In this document: positions 17,349 through 26,326 of the stretch, in pieces
How positions within the stretch are numbered: the stretch's first letter is position 1
How the letters are laid out: every line of letters starts with the position of its first letter
The notes under the pieces: generated by a model
The model's database searches: none
Seen by the model: only the letters and a program-made list of their open reading frames with translations
What the model was told of the DNA's origin: nothing
Assembly: GCF_000981785.2 (NCBI RefSeq)
Contig: NZ_CP011304.1
Span: forward strand, 720,001-752,000
Direction: 5' to 3'
DNA length: 32,000 nucleotides
From: Microcystis aeruginosa NIES-2549
Lineage (GTDB): Bacteria > Cyanobacteriota > Cyanobacteriia > Cyanobacteriales > Microcystaceae
Program-made: the position numbers and the translations under genes

Positions 17349-17989
17349 CATCAGAATATCAAAAGTAAAGACGATCACTCTCAACCGAATCTTTTAGATT
17401 TAGGAGTAGCAATTACGGCGGGGCAATCAGTGGTTATGCCAAAATAGAACCGAAAATTTCAGGTACTTTAGCGGAAACAGCAATCGCCGTGGCTTTAATG
17501 CCGCCAGTTTGTCCGATTGGTTTAGGATTATCCCAAGGGAATTGGGTGCTGAGTTGGGGGGCAACTCTGTTATATATTACCAATTTATTAGGCATTGCTC
17601 TCTCCTGTTTGTTGGTATTTTTGCTGGCAGGTTATTCTAATTTTCATCGGGAGCGTAATGCGATAGTTTTAACTTCTATCCTGACAGCAGTTTTGCTAAT
17701 TCCATTAGGAATAAGTTTTGCAACTCTGTCCAATCAAGCTCGCTTAGAAAGGCTGCTCAAAAAAGCTTTATTACAACGAACGATTACTTGTCAACGGGCA
17801 GAATTATTGGAATCTTCGATTAATTGGCTCAAGCAACCTCCCTGGGTGAGATTAGTAGTGAGAACCTCCGAAAGTATTACCCCCAGACAGGTAGAATTGT
17901 TGGAAGAATTCATTACTAAGGAAATGGGGCGACCTTTTCAATTAAATGTCTTGGTTTCTAAGGTTAATGAAGTTACTGCCCCAGAATAA
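17349..17989 (+). pseudogene. DUF389-family membrane protein, 5'-truncated and frameshifted
   Basis: ..QPNLLDLGVAITAG (frame 0, to about 17423) continues as AISGYAKIEPKISGTLAETAIAVALMPPVCPIGLGL.. (the frame of ORF 17489..17989). That implies loss of one G in the run at 17420-17423. Only about the C-terminal 40% of a normal DUF389 protein is present. Confidence 0.6.
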
Positions 17990-18075
17990 AGTCGAAAAAA
18001 TTAGCGCAAGTAATGACAAACAAGGATTAATTCGCTATCTTAATGTTGGATATTTAATCTATAGGTAGGGTTCAG

Positions 18076-18339
18076 GTGAGTAGTGGCAATCGACCAGAAA
18101 GTACGGCTTATGTGCGGATAATTAAGCAATCTTGGCAAACGGGGAAATTAGAGGGAGAAGTGCGGACGGAACAATATCAATGGCGGTTTCAATGGCATTT
18201 TCTTCAAGGTAAGTTATTAGTACAACCGTCCCTAGGTAGGGCTTTGATTTTTGAACCCTTGAATCGGTTTTTAGAACGCTACGATTATCAATTAGAACCG
18301 GGAGGAGATTATCAATTTACAGTGCGATCAAAATTGTAA
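18076..18339 (+). CDS. Hypothetical protein (87 aa, GTG start)
   Basis: ORF-track ORF. I recognise no family and there is no obvious SD. Confidence 0.4.
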   Translation: MSSGNRPESTAYVRIIKQSWQTGKLEGEVRTEQYQWRFQWHFLQGKLLVQPSLGRALIFEPLNRFLERYDYQLEPGGDYQFTVRSKL

Positions 18340-18613
18340 AGATGGGGTATTGAATTACAGCTTTTCTCCTCAAGATGGAGTTTAACCTAATTTGGCCTCA
18401 TCGGCCGATGACCGACTCCCTAAAAGGAAAATTTTGTACCTCATCATTAAGATAACAGCCTATTGATCAAGAGAAATTGACGGTTGAGGGACAACCCGGC
18501 CGAGATACTAGATTTTTATAGGAAGTTTTTTGATTTAAATCCCACCGGTTAGGCTAAAATTCGGCCATAGCAAAGCGTTATATTAACGATAAGAATTTTT
18601 AGGAACAAGGGAA

Positions 18614-19675
18614 ATGACGCAAGGACAGAAGGTTTCAGTGGGTATTGTCGGCGCTTCCGGATATGGTGGCGTACAGTTGGTACGTTTGCTCAAAGAACAT
18701 CCCTTAGTAGAATTAGTCTATCTGGGGGGCGATAGTAGTGCGGGGAAACCCTACAGTGATTTATATCCCCATCTCGGTCATAGTATTAATCTTAATGTGG
18801 AGGCGATCGATTTAGACATAATTGCCTCCCGTTGTCAAGTGGTTTTCTTGGGTTTACCCAATGGTTTAGCCTGTGATTTAGCCCCTCCTTTGCTCGCTAA
18901 AGGCTGTAAAGTCTTGGATCTGTCGGCAGATTATCGTTTTACTAGCCTAGAAACCTATAGTAAATGGTATGGCAAGGAACGTCAGGATCAAGCGATCGCA
19001 TCTACGGCTGTGTACGGTTTACCAGAACTTTATCGGGAAGATATTAAAAATGCCTCTTTGATCGGTTGCCCCGGATGTTATCCTACTGCTAGTTTAATGG
19101 CGATTTCTCCCCTGTTAAAACAGGGTTTAATTGTCCCGGAAACCACGATTATCGATGCCAAATCGGGAACTTCGGGAGGGGGAAGACAGGCTAAGATTAA
19201 TATGTTATTGGCAGAAGCAGATAGTTCGATCGGGGCCTATAATGTAGCGGGAAAACACCGTCATACTCCCGAAATCGAGCAGATTTGCGGTGATTTAGCT
19301 GGTCATGAGGTGCGCGTCCAGTTTACTCCCCATTTAATGCCCATGGTTCGGGGTATCCTGTCCACAGTTTACGCAACTTTGCGGGATCCCAATCTGGTGC
19401 GGGATGATTTGATCACTATCTACAATGCTTTTTATCGCGCTTCTCCCTTTGTCAAAATCCTACCCGGGGGAGTCTATCCACAAACTAAGTGGGCCTGTGG
19501 TACTAATTTATGTTATCTCGGTATTGAAGTGGATCCGAGAACCGATCGGGTGATAGTGATGTCAGCGATCGATAATTTAGTTAAGGGACAATCGGGACAA
19601 GCGGTACAATGTCTCAATCTCATGATGGGTTGGGAAGAATCCCTTGGTTTACCGCAAATGTGTTTTTATCCTTAA
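18614..19675 (+). CDS. argC: N-acetyl-gamma-glutamyl-phosphate reductase
   Basis: [18 protein letters not shown] Rossmann start, catalytic GCPGCYPTA motif, 353 aa. Confidence 0.95.
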   Translation: MTQGQKVSVGIVGASGYGGVQLVRLLKEHPLVELVYLGGDSSAGKPYSDLYPHLGHSINLNVEAIDLDIIASRCQVVFLGLPNGLACDLAPPLLAKGCKVLDLSADYRFTSLETYSKWYGKERQDQAIASTAVYGLPELYREDIKNASLIGCPGCYPTASLMAISPLLKQGLIVPETTIIDAKSGTSGGGRQAKINMLLAEADSSIGAYNVAGKHRHTPEIEQICGDLAGHEVRVQFTPHLMPMVRGILSTVYATLRDPNLVRDDLITIYNAFYRASPFVKILPGGVYPQTKWACGTNLCYLGIEVDPRTDRVIVMSAIDNLVKGQSGQAVQCLNLMMGWEESLGLPQMCFYP

Positions 19676-19683
19676 AAATTCCT

Positions 19684-19708
19684 GGATGCGTTTAACCACG
19701 CATCCTTT
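19684..19708 (+). terminator. Candidate hairpin terminator after argC (weak T-tract)
   Basis: GGATGCG (19684-90), an 8-nt loop, CGCATCC (19699-705), then TTT. Confidence 0.35.
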
Positions 19709-19895
19709 GCTCAATTTCGGGAAAAACTGGCAAAATTTTGTCACTATGATTGGGATGCGATGTTTACCGATTGGCAGCAAAGACAAGGAGAAAATGGCAG
19801 AAAAGTAGTCAGTTTATCGGCAAAAGTGAATATAAAACCTTGCTAAAGTTCCTCACCACCAAACTAAATTTGATTGTCAAGTTGATATCAACCCC

Positions 19896-21188
19896 TTAGA
19901 AACCTTGACTTATTCGACTGGGATCACCTAGAAAGGATCTTTCAGGAATCGATCCTTTAGTAGCTTCTGGGAGAATTTGCCAGTGTTGATCTAAAGCTTG
20001 TAACACCCGGTCCTGCTGATTTCTGAATCCCTCGATATTGCTACTACCAGCATTCATAATTACAAACCAAACTTTACCCCTTTCTTGGGTGGGAATTTCT
20101 CCGGCTAAGGCGCTAACTTGGGCCAAAGTTCCAGTTTTAATCACCACTCCTTTAGGAATGGCCCGCCATTGCATAGTTCCTTTGGTATCGCGTCCCCCCA
20201 CCGGAAATAAATCAGCTACTTTGATCGGTTGATTGGCTAACTTGCGATCCAATGCTTTGAGAATCTCAATAACTGCCCGGGGAGACAAGCGATTTTCTAC
20301 CCCCAATCCCGAACCATTAATTAATTGAATTTCCTCCGCTCCTACCCCAGTAATTTTAGTATTAATTGCGTCCACTGCCGCGGGACCACCGAGCAGTTCC
20401 GCTAACATTTCTGACATGACGTTGTTACTATAAATATTCATCTGACGCAACAGTTCCGTTAAAGTTAAGGACTGATGACGCAATAATAATCGGGCATTTT
20501 CGGGGCGAATTTGACTGGCTCGAACCATGCCCAAAATCTTCACCTGTGGGGCTTGTGTGCCGCTAGGAAGGCTCTTAAAAGCTTTTTGGGTTTCTTTTGA
20601 CCATTTCGATTGATTAAGCCCAATTTTCAGCAATTCTCCCGCTTTGAGGGGATCGGTTTGAAAATTCATGGCGAATTTACCCGTAATGATCAGATCGCCT
20701 TTGACCTGACGGATACCTAATTGATCGAGGCCATTGCCCACTGCGATCGCTTCTTCCCAGACAAACAGAGGATCCCCTGACCCTTCAATAATTAAATCTC
20801 CCTCCAACACCCCGTTTTTAAGCTCTCCCGTGGTGTAAAAACGAGTAGCAAAACGATGATCGAGGGGCCAGGTTTCCACGGCGGCAAGAGTAGTGGCGAT
20901 TTTAGTTAAAGAAGCCCCCGAAGCGGGCAGATTACCCTGATGATCGGCTAAATCAGCCCATTCCGTCTCAATTAAGACCCGTTGTTGACTAGAGTTTAAA
21001 CCTTTTTTAGCCAGGTCTTGCAGATAATCGGCCACGATCGCCGCTACCCGGGGATCGGGAGCGGTGGGAAGGTCAAAAATAGGTTGATTTTGCCAAGAAA
21101 TTAGGGGAATATTGGCGATCGGTTGGGATTGCCCCCCCAGCCAACCGAAGAGAAAGCCGAAAACTGCCAAATTAAAAACTGAGAACAT
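19896..21188 (-). CDS. dacB: D-alanyl-D-alanine carboxypeptidase/endopeptidase (PBP4, peptidase S13)
   Basis: SxxK (ASLTK), SxN (YSNN) and KTG (KTGT) motifs in order, with an N-terminal signal/TM segment. Confidence 0.85.
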   Translation of the reverse strand: MFSVFNLAVFGFLFGWLGGQSQPIANIPLISWQNQPIFDLPTAPDPRVAAIVADYLQDLAKKGLNSSQQRVLIETEWADLADHQGNLPASGASLTKIATTLAAVETWPLDHRFATRFYTTGELKNGVLEGDLIIEGSGDPLFVWEEAIAVGNGLDQLGIRQVKGDLIITGKFAMNFQTDPLKAGELLKIGLNQSKWSKETQKAFKSLPSGTQAPQVKILGMVRASQIRPENARLLLRHQSLTLTELLRQMNIYSNNVMSEMLAELLGGPAAVDAINTKITGVGAEEIQLINGSGLGVENRLSPRAVIEILKALDRKLANQPIKVADLFPVGGRDTKGTMQWRAIPKGVVIKTGTLAQVSALAGEIPTQERGKVWFVIMNAGSSNIEGFRNQQDRVLQALDQHWQILPEATKGSIPERSFLGDPSRISQGF

Positions 21189-21337
21189 CTTTTCCTTAAT
21201 CGCAATGATGCCTTATTGTATAGAGATGATTGGTAATTTTTAACAATTGCTCGATCAGAAAACACTAATCCTCGATCGGCCAGCTTTTCTCAAGAGCTGC
21301 CGCTCAACTTATTAAAGATTTCTATCCCACTGACTCA

Positions 21338-22393
21338 ATGGCAGAAACGGCATTAAATCGGGCAAGAATCGCGGTAGATGCGATGGGAGGTGACCACGCT
21401 CCCAACGAGATCATCGCGGGATCGATGCGAGCTTCCGAAGAATTAGATGTAGAAGTATTATTAGTCGGCGATTCTGAACGGATTGAGGCTTATTTCCAGC
21501 ATCATCCCCGTCCCAAGAATCTCACGATCGTCCACGCGGAGGAAGTGGTGGCCATGGACGAAGAACCGATCACCGCTATCCGTCGTAAACCGGCGGCCTC
21601 GATTAATGTGGCCATGGATTTAGTCAAACAAAATCGCGCCGATGCGGTGGTGTCCGCTGGTCACTCTGGAGCGGCGATGGCGGCGGCGTTGCTGCGTTTA
21701 GGTCGTTTAAAAGGCATCGATCGCCCGGCGATTGGTGCGGTGCTGCCGACGATGTTGGCGGGTAAATCGGTGATTATCCTCGATGTCGGGGCGAATGTGG
21801 ACTGTAAACCCAAATATTTAGAGCAGTTTGCCCTAATGGGGACAATTTACAGTAAATACGTTATGGGTGTTGAAGAACCGCAAGTCGGTTTACTCAATAT
21901 CGGCGAAGAAGCCAGCAAAGGTAACGATCTCGCCCTAAAAACCTACGAATTATTAGAAAATAACCAGCAAATTCCTTTTATCGGCAATGCTGAGGGCCGG
22001 GATGTGCTATCGGGACAATTTGATGTGATCGTCTGCGATGGTTTTGTCGGTAATGTCCTGTTAAAATTTGCCGAAGCGGTGGGAGGGGTTATCCTACAAA
22101 TTCTCAAAGAGGAATTACCTAGGGGGATACAGGGTAAAGTCGGGACGGCTTTAATTAAACCCAATCTTAAACAGATCAAACAACGCATGGATCATGCGGA
22201 ACACGGTGGTGCGCTCTTATTTGGAGTCGATGGGGTCTGTGTAATCAGTCACGGCAGTTCCCAAGCTCCTTCGATTTTTAACGCCATCCGACAGGCGAAA
22301 AATGCCGTCGATAATCGCGTTTCCGAGCGCATTCAAGCCTACAATGACCACCATCATCAATTAAAAAAGTTGTCGGTGAACGGTGAAGATTAA
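21338..22393 (+). CDS. plsX: Phosphate acyltransferase PlsX
   Basis: RIAVDAMGGDHAP start motif and VVSAGHSGA; 351 aa; sits upstream of fabH. Confidence 0.95.
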   Translation: MAETALNRARIAVDAMGGDHAPNEIIAGSMRASEELDVEVLLVGDSERIEAYFQHHPRPKNLTIVHAEEVVAMDEEPITAIRRKPAASINVAMDLVKQNRADAVVSAGHSGAAMAAALLRLGRLKGIDRPAIGAVLPTMLAGKSVIILDVGANVDCKPKYLEQFALMGTIYSKYVMGVEEPQVGLLNIGEEASKGNDLALKTYELLENNQQIPFIGNAEGRDVLSGQFDVIVCDGFVGNVLLKFAEAVGGVILQILKEELPRGIQGKVGTALIKPNLKQIKQRMDHAEHGGALLFGVDGVCVISHGSSQAPSIFNAIRQAKNAVDNRVSERIQAYNDHHHQLKKLSVNGED

Positions 22394-22574
22394 GCTGTGA
22401 GCCTTTTGCTGTTATCAGTAATCAGTAAACAGTCAACGGGGATAAGACAGTAGGAAACTGCTATTTAATACTTCTCACCTAATACTCAAATCTGGTCACT
22501 GATAACTGATACTGATAACTGACATCATCAATTAAAAAAGTTGTCGGTGAACGGTGAAGATTAAGCCGTCAGCC
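22352..22574 (+). repeat. 52-bp direct repeat (period 171 bp) duplicating the plsX 3' end
   Basis: CATCATCAATTAAAAAAGTTGTCGGTGAACGGTGAAGATTAAGC is identical at 22352-22395 and 22523-22566. The next 8 nt differ at 2 positions (TGTGAGCC against CGTCAGCC). The 119 bp between the copies have heptamer arms in inverted orientation. Confidence 0.85.
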
Positions 22575-22589
22575 ATCTTGAAGCGGTCA

Positions 22590-22617
22590 GGAGACAGGAG
22601 ACGGGAGACGGGAGACT
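22590..22617. repeat. (GGAGACR)x4 heptamer array
   Basis: GGAGACA GGAGACG GGAGACG GGAGACT, read directly. Confidence 0.9.
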
Positions 22618-22630
22618 ATTTTTATTTATT

Positions 22631-22698
22631 CTTCCCACTTCCCCACTTCCCACTTCCCACTTCCCACTGATAACTGATCACTGATAACTGATAACTGA
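22631..22698. repeat. (CTTCCCA)x5 followed by (CTGATMA)x4.5 heptamer arrays
   Basis: Read directly from the sequence. The array ends 15 nt before the fabH start codon. Confidence 0.9.
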
Positions 22699-22713
22699 AA
22701 AAGGGGGAATATT

Positions 22714-23715
22714 TTGAGCGGATTCGGGCCAGCAGTCGTCATTACCGGTTGTGGATCGGCCACACCAGCGCAATTTCTTAGTAATGAGGAACTCAGCCAA
22801 ATTGTCGAGACTTCCGATGAGTGGATTAAAAGTCGCACCGGCATCGGTAAACGCCATTTAGCGGATCAATCGGTGTCTTTGAGCCAATTAGCAGCCCAAG
22901 CGGCGATTAAGGCTCTGGAAATGGCTCAGGTGTCGCCTAGGGACATCGATTTGATTCTCTTGGCTACTTCTACCCCCGATGATCTGTTCGGTAGTGCAGC
23001 CCAAGTTCAAAGTCAGATCGGGGCCAATCGGGCGATCGCTTTTGATCTCACCGCCGCCTGTTCGGGTTTTCTGGTGGGGTTAGTCACCGCCACCCAGTTT
23101 ATCCGTACTGGTACTTACCGCAATGTCTTGGTTATCGGGGCCGATGTTCTCTCCCGTTGGGTGGATTGGAACGATCGCGCTACCTGTGTCCTCTTTGGTG
23201 ATGGGGCAGGGGCGGTAGTTTGTCAAGCAAATGATACAAAAGATAACATTCTCGGTTTTGAACTCCATAGCGACGGCAGCCAGAATGGTTCTCTTAATCT
23301 CGCCTACGAGGGGGAGGAATTGCCCCTTAAGCAGGGGGTAAGGGTTCAAAAAGGGACCTATAAGCCGCTAACGATGAACGGACGGGAAGTCTATCGTTTT
23401 GCCGTGGCGAAAGTGCCAGAGGTCATCGAAAAAGCTCTCTATCGGGCTAATTTAACCACCAGTGACATCGATTGGTTAGTTCTGCACCAAGCTAACCAAA
23501 GAATTATGGACGCGGTGAGCGAGCGCCTGAAACTGCCTCCGGAAAAGGTGATCAGCAATCTCAGCGAGTATGGCAATACTTCCGCGGCATCGATTCCTCT
23601 AGCTCTCGATGAAGCTGTCAGGAGTGGTAAGGTCAAAAAAGGTGATATTATTGCTTCTTCCGGCTTTGGTGCCGGTTTAACTTGGGGTGGGATTATCTTC
23701 CGTTGGGGAGATTAA
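22714..23715 (+). CDS. fabH: 3-oxoacyl-ACP synthase III
   Basis: AACSGF (catalytic Cys), HQAN and GNTSAAS motifs. TTG start, with AAGGGGG upstream. Confidence 0.95.
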   Translation: MSGFGPAVVITGCGSATPAQFLSNEELSQIVETSDEWIKSRTGIGKRHLADQSVSLSQLAAQAAIKALEMAQVSPRDIDLILLATSTPDDLFGSAAQVQSQIGANRAIAFDLTAACSGFLVGLVTATQFIRTGTYRNVLVIGADVLSRWVDWNDRATCVLFGDGAGAVVCQANDTKDNILGFELHSDGSQNGSLNLAYEGEELPLKQGVRVQKGTYKPLTMNGREVYRFAVAKVPEVIEKALYRANLTTSDIDWLVLHQANQRIMDAVSERLKLPPEKVISNLSEYGNTSAASIPLALDEAVRSGKVKKGDIIASSGFGAGLTWGGIIFRWGD

Positions 23716-23717
23716 TT

Positions 23718-23850
23718 CAGTGATCAGTGATCAGTAAACAGTGATCAGTAAACAGTGATCAGTAACCAGTAAACAGTAAACAGTAAACAGTAAACAGTAA
23801 CCAGTAAACAGTAAACAGTAACCAGTAACCAGTAAACAGTAAACAGTAAA
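23718..23850 (+). repeat. 19-unit heptamer array (CAGTGAT / CAGTAAA / CAGTAAC)
   Basis: Starts 2 nt after the fabH stop codon. I counted 19 contiguous 7-nt units. Confidence 0.9.
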
Positions 23851-23864
23851 CTAAAAACTCACAT

Positions 23865-23903
23865 CTGATAACTGATAACTGATAACTGATAACTGATAAC
23901 TGA
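23865..23903 (+). repeat. (CTGATAA)x5.5 heptamer array, inverted relative to the left array
   Basis: Read directly from the sequence. It is followed by (ATCT)x3 at 23913-23924 and then the fabD start at 23938. Confidence 0.9.
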
Positions 23904-23937
23904 CCCAAACACATCTATCTATCTATTTTAAGAACTT

Positions 23938-24864
23938 ATGAAAACAGCGTGGATATTCCCTGGACAAGGATCGCAAGCGTTAGGAATGATTGGAGATTTA
24001 GCGGAAAGTGCACTTGGCCAAGAGAGATTAGAAATAGCAGCAAAAATCCTCGGTTGGTCAGTCCTGGAAAAATGTCAAGGGGATGAAGAAACCCTATCTC
24101 GTACTCTTTATACCCAACCTTGTTTATTTGTGGTGGAGAGTATTTTAGCGGATTTGTTGCAAGAAAAAGGTCATTTTCCCGATCTAGTGGCCGGTCATAG
24201 TCTCGGTGAATATTCCGCTTTGTATGCGGCCAGGGTGTTTAATTTTGAAACAGGATTAAATCTAGTTCAAAACCGTTCCCGTTTGATGGATGCGGCCGAA
24301 GGTGGCAAAATGGCCGCCTTAATGAAATTTGATCGCACCATTCTAGAGACAGTGGTTAATCAGACGGAAAATGTAGTTATTGCTAATGATAATAGTGCCG
24401 AACAAGTGGTGATTTCTGGGACTCCTGAAGCGGTGGATTTGGTATTAGGTCAAGTGAAAGTTAAGCGGGTTATGCCTTTAAAAGTATCCGGTGCTTTTCA
24501 CTCTCCCTTGATGGAAAATGCCGCTATTCAATTTCAGCAGATTTTAGAATTGGTTAATTTTCGGTCTGCAAAAGTTCCCGTTATTTCTAATGTTAATCCT
24601 AGCCAACCGATCACCGATGCGGAGGAATTAAAAAGTTATCTCATTCAGCAGATGACTAGCTCGGTTCGCTGGCGAGAAATTATGTTAAAATTGCTGGATG
24701 TGGGTGTGGAAAAAGCGATCGAAGTGGGACCAGGTAAAGTTTTAACTGGTTTAATTAAACGAACTGTTCCTGCAATTGAGTTAGAAAATATCAGTCAATT
24801 AGCTGATATATCTAATGGTAGCGAAGATGTTAAATTGCAGGGTTCATTAATTGGTGTTGGTTAA
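23938..24864 (+). CDS. fabD: Malonyl-CoA:ACP transacylase
   Basis: FPGQGSQ and GHSLGEYSAL motifs; 308 aa. Confidence 0.95.
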   Translation: MKTAWIFPGQGSQALGMIGDLAESALGQERLEIAAKILGWSVLEKCQGDEETLSRTLYTQPCLFVVESILADLLQEKGHFPDLVAGHSLGEYSALYAARVFNFETGLNLVQNRSRLMDAAEGGKMAALMKFDRTILETVVNQTENVVIANDNSAEQVVISGTPEAVDLVLGQVKVKRVMPLKVSGAFHSPLMENAAIQFQQILELVNFRSAKVPVISNVNPSQPITDAEELKSYLIQQMTSSVRWREIMLKLLDVGVEKAIEVGPGKVLTGLIKRTVPAIELENISQLADISNGSEDVKLQGSLIGVG

Positions 24865-24937
24865 ATTATCTGGCAACATTTTCGACAAAGGAAGTAAGTT
24901 GATCGATACCTGAGTAGTTAGGTGTTAAAAACCATCA

Positions 24938-25027
24938 GACACCCCCCTTATCAAGGGAAGGTAGGGTTGATTCATGAATCAACCCTACCTTGAATCAACC
25001 CTACTTATCAAGGGGGTATCGACACCC
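24938..25027. repeat. Composite palindromic element between convergent fabD and moeA (possible bidirectional terminator)
   Basis: Layout: GACACCC - TTATCAAGGG - [perfect 30-bp palindrome GGTAGGGTTGATTCATGAATCAACCCTACC, 24960-24989] - an extra arm copy GAATCAACCCTAC (24992-25004) - TTATCAAGGG - GACACCC. Confidence 0.6.
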
Positions 25028-25094
25028 AAAATCTATCTTCAATTTAATTAATTATAATCAGCTGCCTAGCCAAAAATTTGGTTAGGTATTTTTT

Positions 25095-26315
25095 TTAGGA
25101 AACTATCATAACTTCTACTGTTTCTCCTGCTTGTATAGTAGTTTTACCCTGGGGAATTATGGCTAAAGCATTAGTACCCGCTAAATTAATTAAATTAGCC
25201 GAATTGTGTTGTCCGGAAGCGAGTTGAAATTGATAAACTCCCTCGATAATTTCTATTTTTCCCCAGAGATAAACTTCTCTTTGTCCCTGAGATTTGAGAG
25301 TATCGCGGGTGATAACTCGCAGAAATTTGTTCTGATAATCTGTCAATCCCGATAATTTTTTAATGGCCATTTGCACGAAGCGCCAACAGGAAACTAAAGC
25401 AGAGACGGGATTACCGGGGATACCAAAGTAAATACAACCGTTAGGAAAAGTAGCAAAGGTTAGGGGTTTACCCGGTTGAATAGCAACGCTGCCAATCAGA
25501 ATTTTTCCCCCTAATTCCCCTAAAATTCCCTCGATATAATCATAATCTCCCACAGAAACACCGCCAGTGGAAAGGACGATAGCACTAGAATTAATGGCTT
25601 TTCTGATAGTTTCTCTGAGAAGATCAGGATTATCTTTGATTATACCTAAAGGTCTGGGAATTGCCCCTAAACTGGCGACAAATGCGGTTAAAGCGTAGCG
25701 ATTTGAGTCAATAATTTGACCTTTTTGCAGGGTTTCATCGGGATTAATTAATTCATCTCCCGTGGAGAAAATTGCCACTTGGGGACGGGAAAACACTGTT
25801 AATTCGGTAGCTTGTGCCGTGGCTAAAACCGCCATTTCTGGGGAATTAATGGCAATACCGGCTTTTAATAGGGTATTTCCCGCTCGATAGAATGTGCCGC
25901 GTTGACGCACGAAAAGACCTATTTTTTCGGGGGGGATAAGAATCGCCACCCGCTCCCCTTGTTTTTGAGTATTTTCCTGCATAATAATCGTATCACTGCC
26001 GGCGGGTAACATCGCTCCCGTAAATATTCTGGCTGTTTCCCCCGGTTGAATAATTATTTCGGGGGCTTGGCCGGCGGGAATTTCGGCGATAATCTTTAAA
26101 GTAACGGGATTTTCAGGGTTAATGTCTTTGACATCTTCGTAGCGGACAGCATAGCCATCCATAGCAGAATTATCCCAATAGGGAAAGTCTAAATCACTGC
26201 TGATATCTTCGGCTAAAATGCGCCCAAAAGCTGCCTCTAGAGAAACTTTTTCGGTTTCTTGTCGGGGTTGAATTTGAGTTAAAATTATAGATTCTGCTTC
26301 TTTGACTGAGTACAT
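25095..26315 (-). CDS. moeA: Molybdopterin molybdotransferase
   Basis: 406 aa with MoeA N-terminal, linker and MoCF-binding domains (SMDGYAV-like AMDGYAV, TTGGVSVGDYD). Confidence 0.9.
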   Translation of the reverse strand: MYSVKEAESIILTQIQPRQETEKVSLEAAFGRILAEDISSDLDFPYWDNSAMDGYAVRYEDVKDINPENPVTLKIIAEIPAGQAPEIIIQPGETARIFTGAMLPAGSDTIIMQENTQKQGERVAILIPPEKIGLFVRQRGTFYRAGNTLLKAGIAINSPEMAVLATAQATELTVFSRPQVAIFSTGDELINPDETLQKGQIIDSNRYALTAFVASLGAIPRPLGIIKDNPDLLRETIRKAINSSAIVLSTGGVSVGDYDYIEGILGELGGKILIGSVAIQPGKPLTFATFPNGCIYFGIPGNPVSALVSCWRFVQMAIKKLSGLTDYQNKFLRVITRDTLKSQGQREVYLWGKIEIIEGVYQFQLASGQHNSANLINLAGTNALAIIPQGKTTIQAGETVEVMIVS

Positions 26316-26326
26316 GGATTAAACAA

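Noticed and set aside
19881-19892. Perfect 12-bp palindrome GTTGATATCAAC just downstream of dacB.
   Set aside because: It is short, has no loop and occurs once. That is too little to call a terminator or a binding site.
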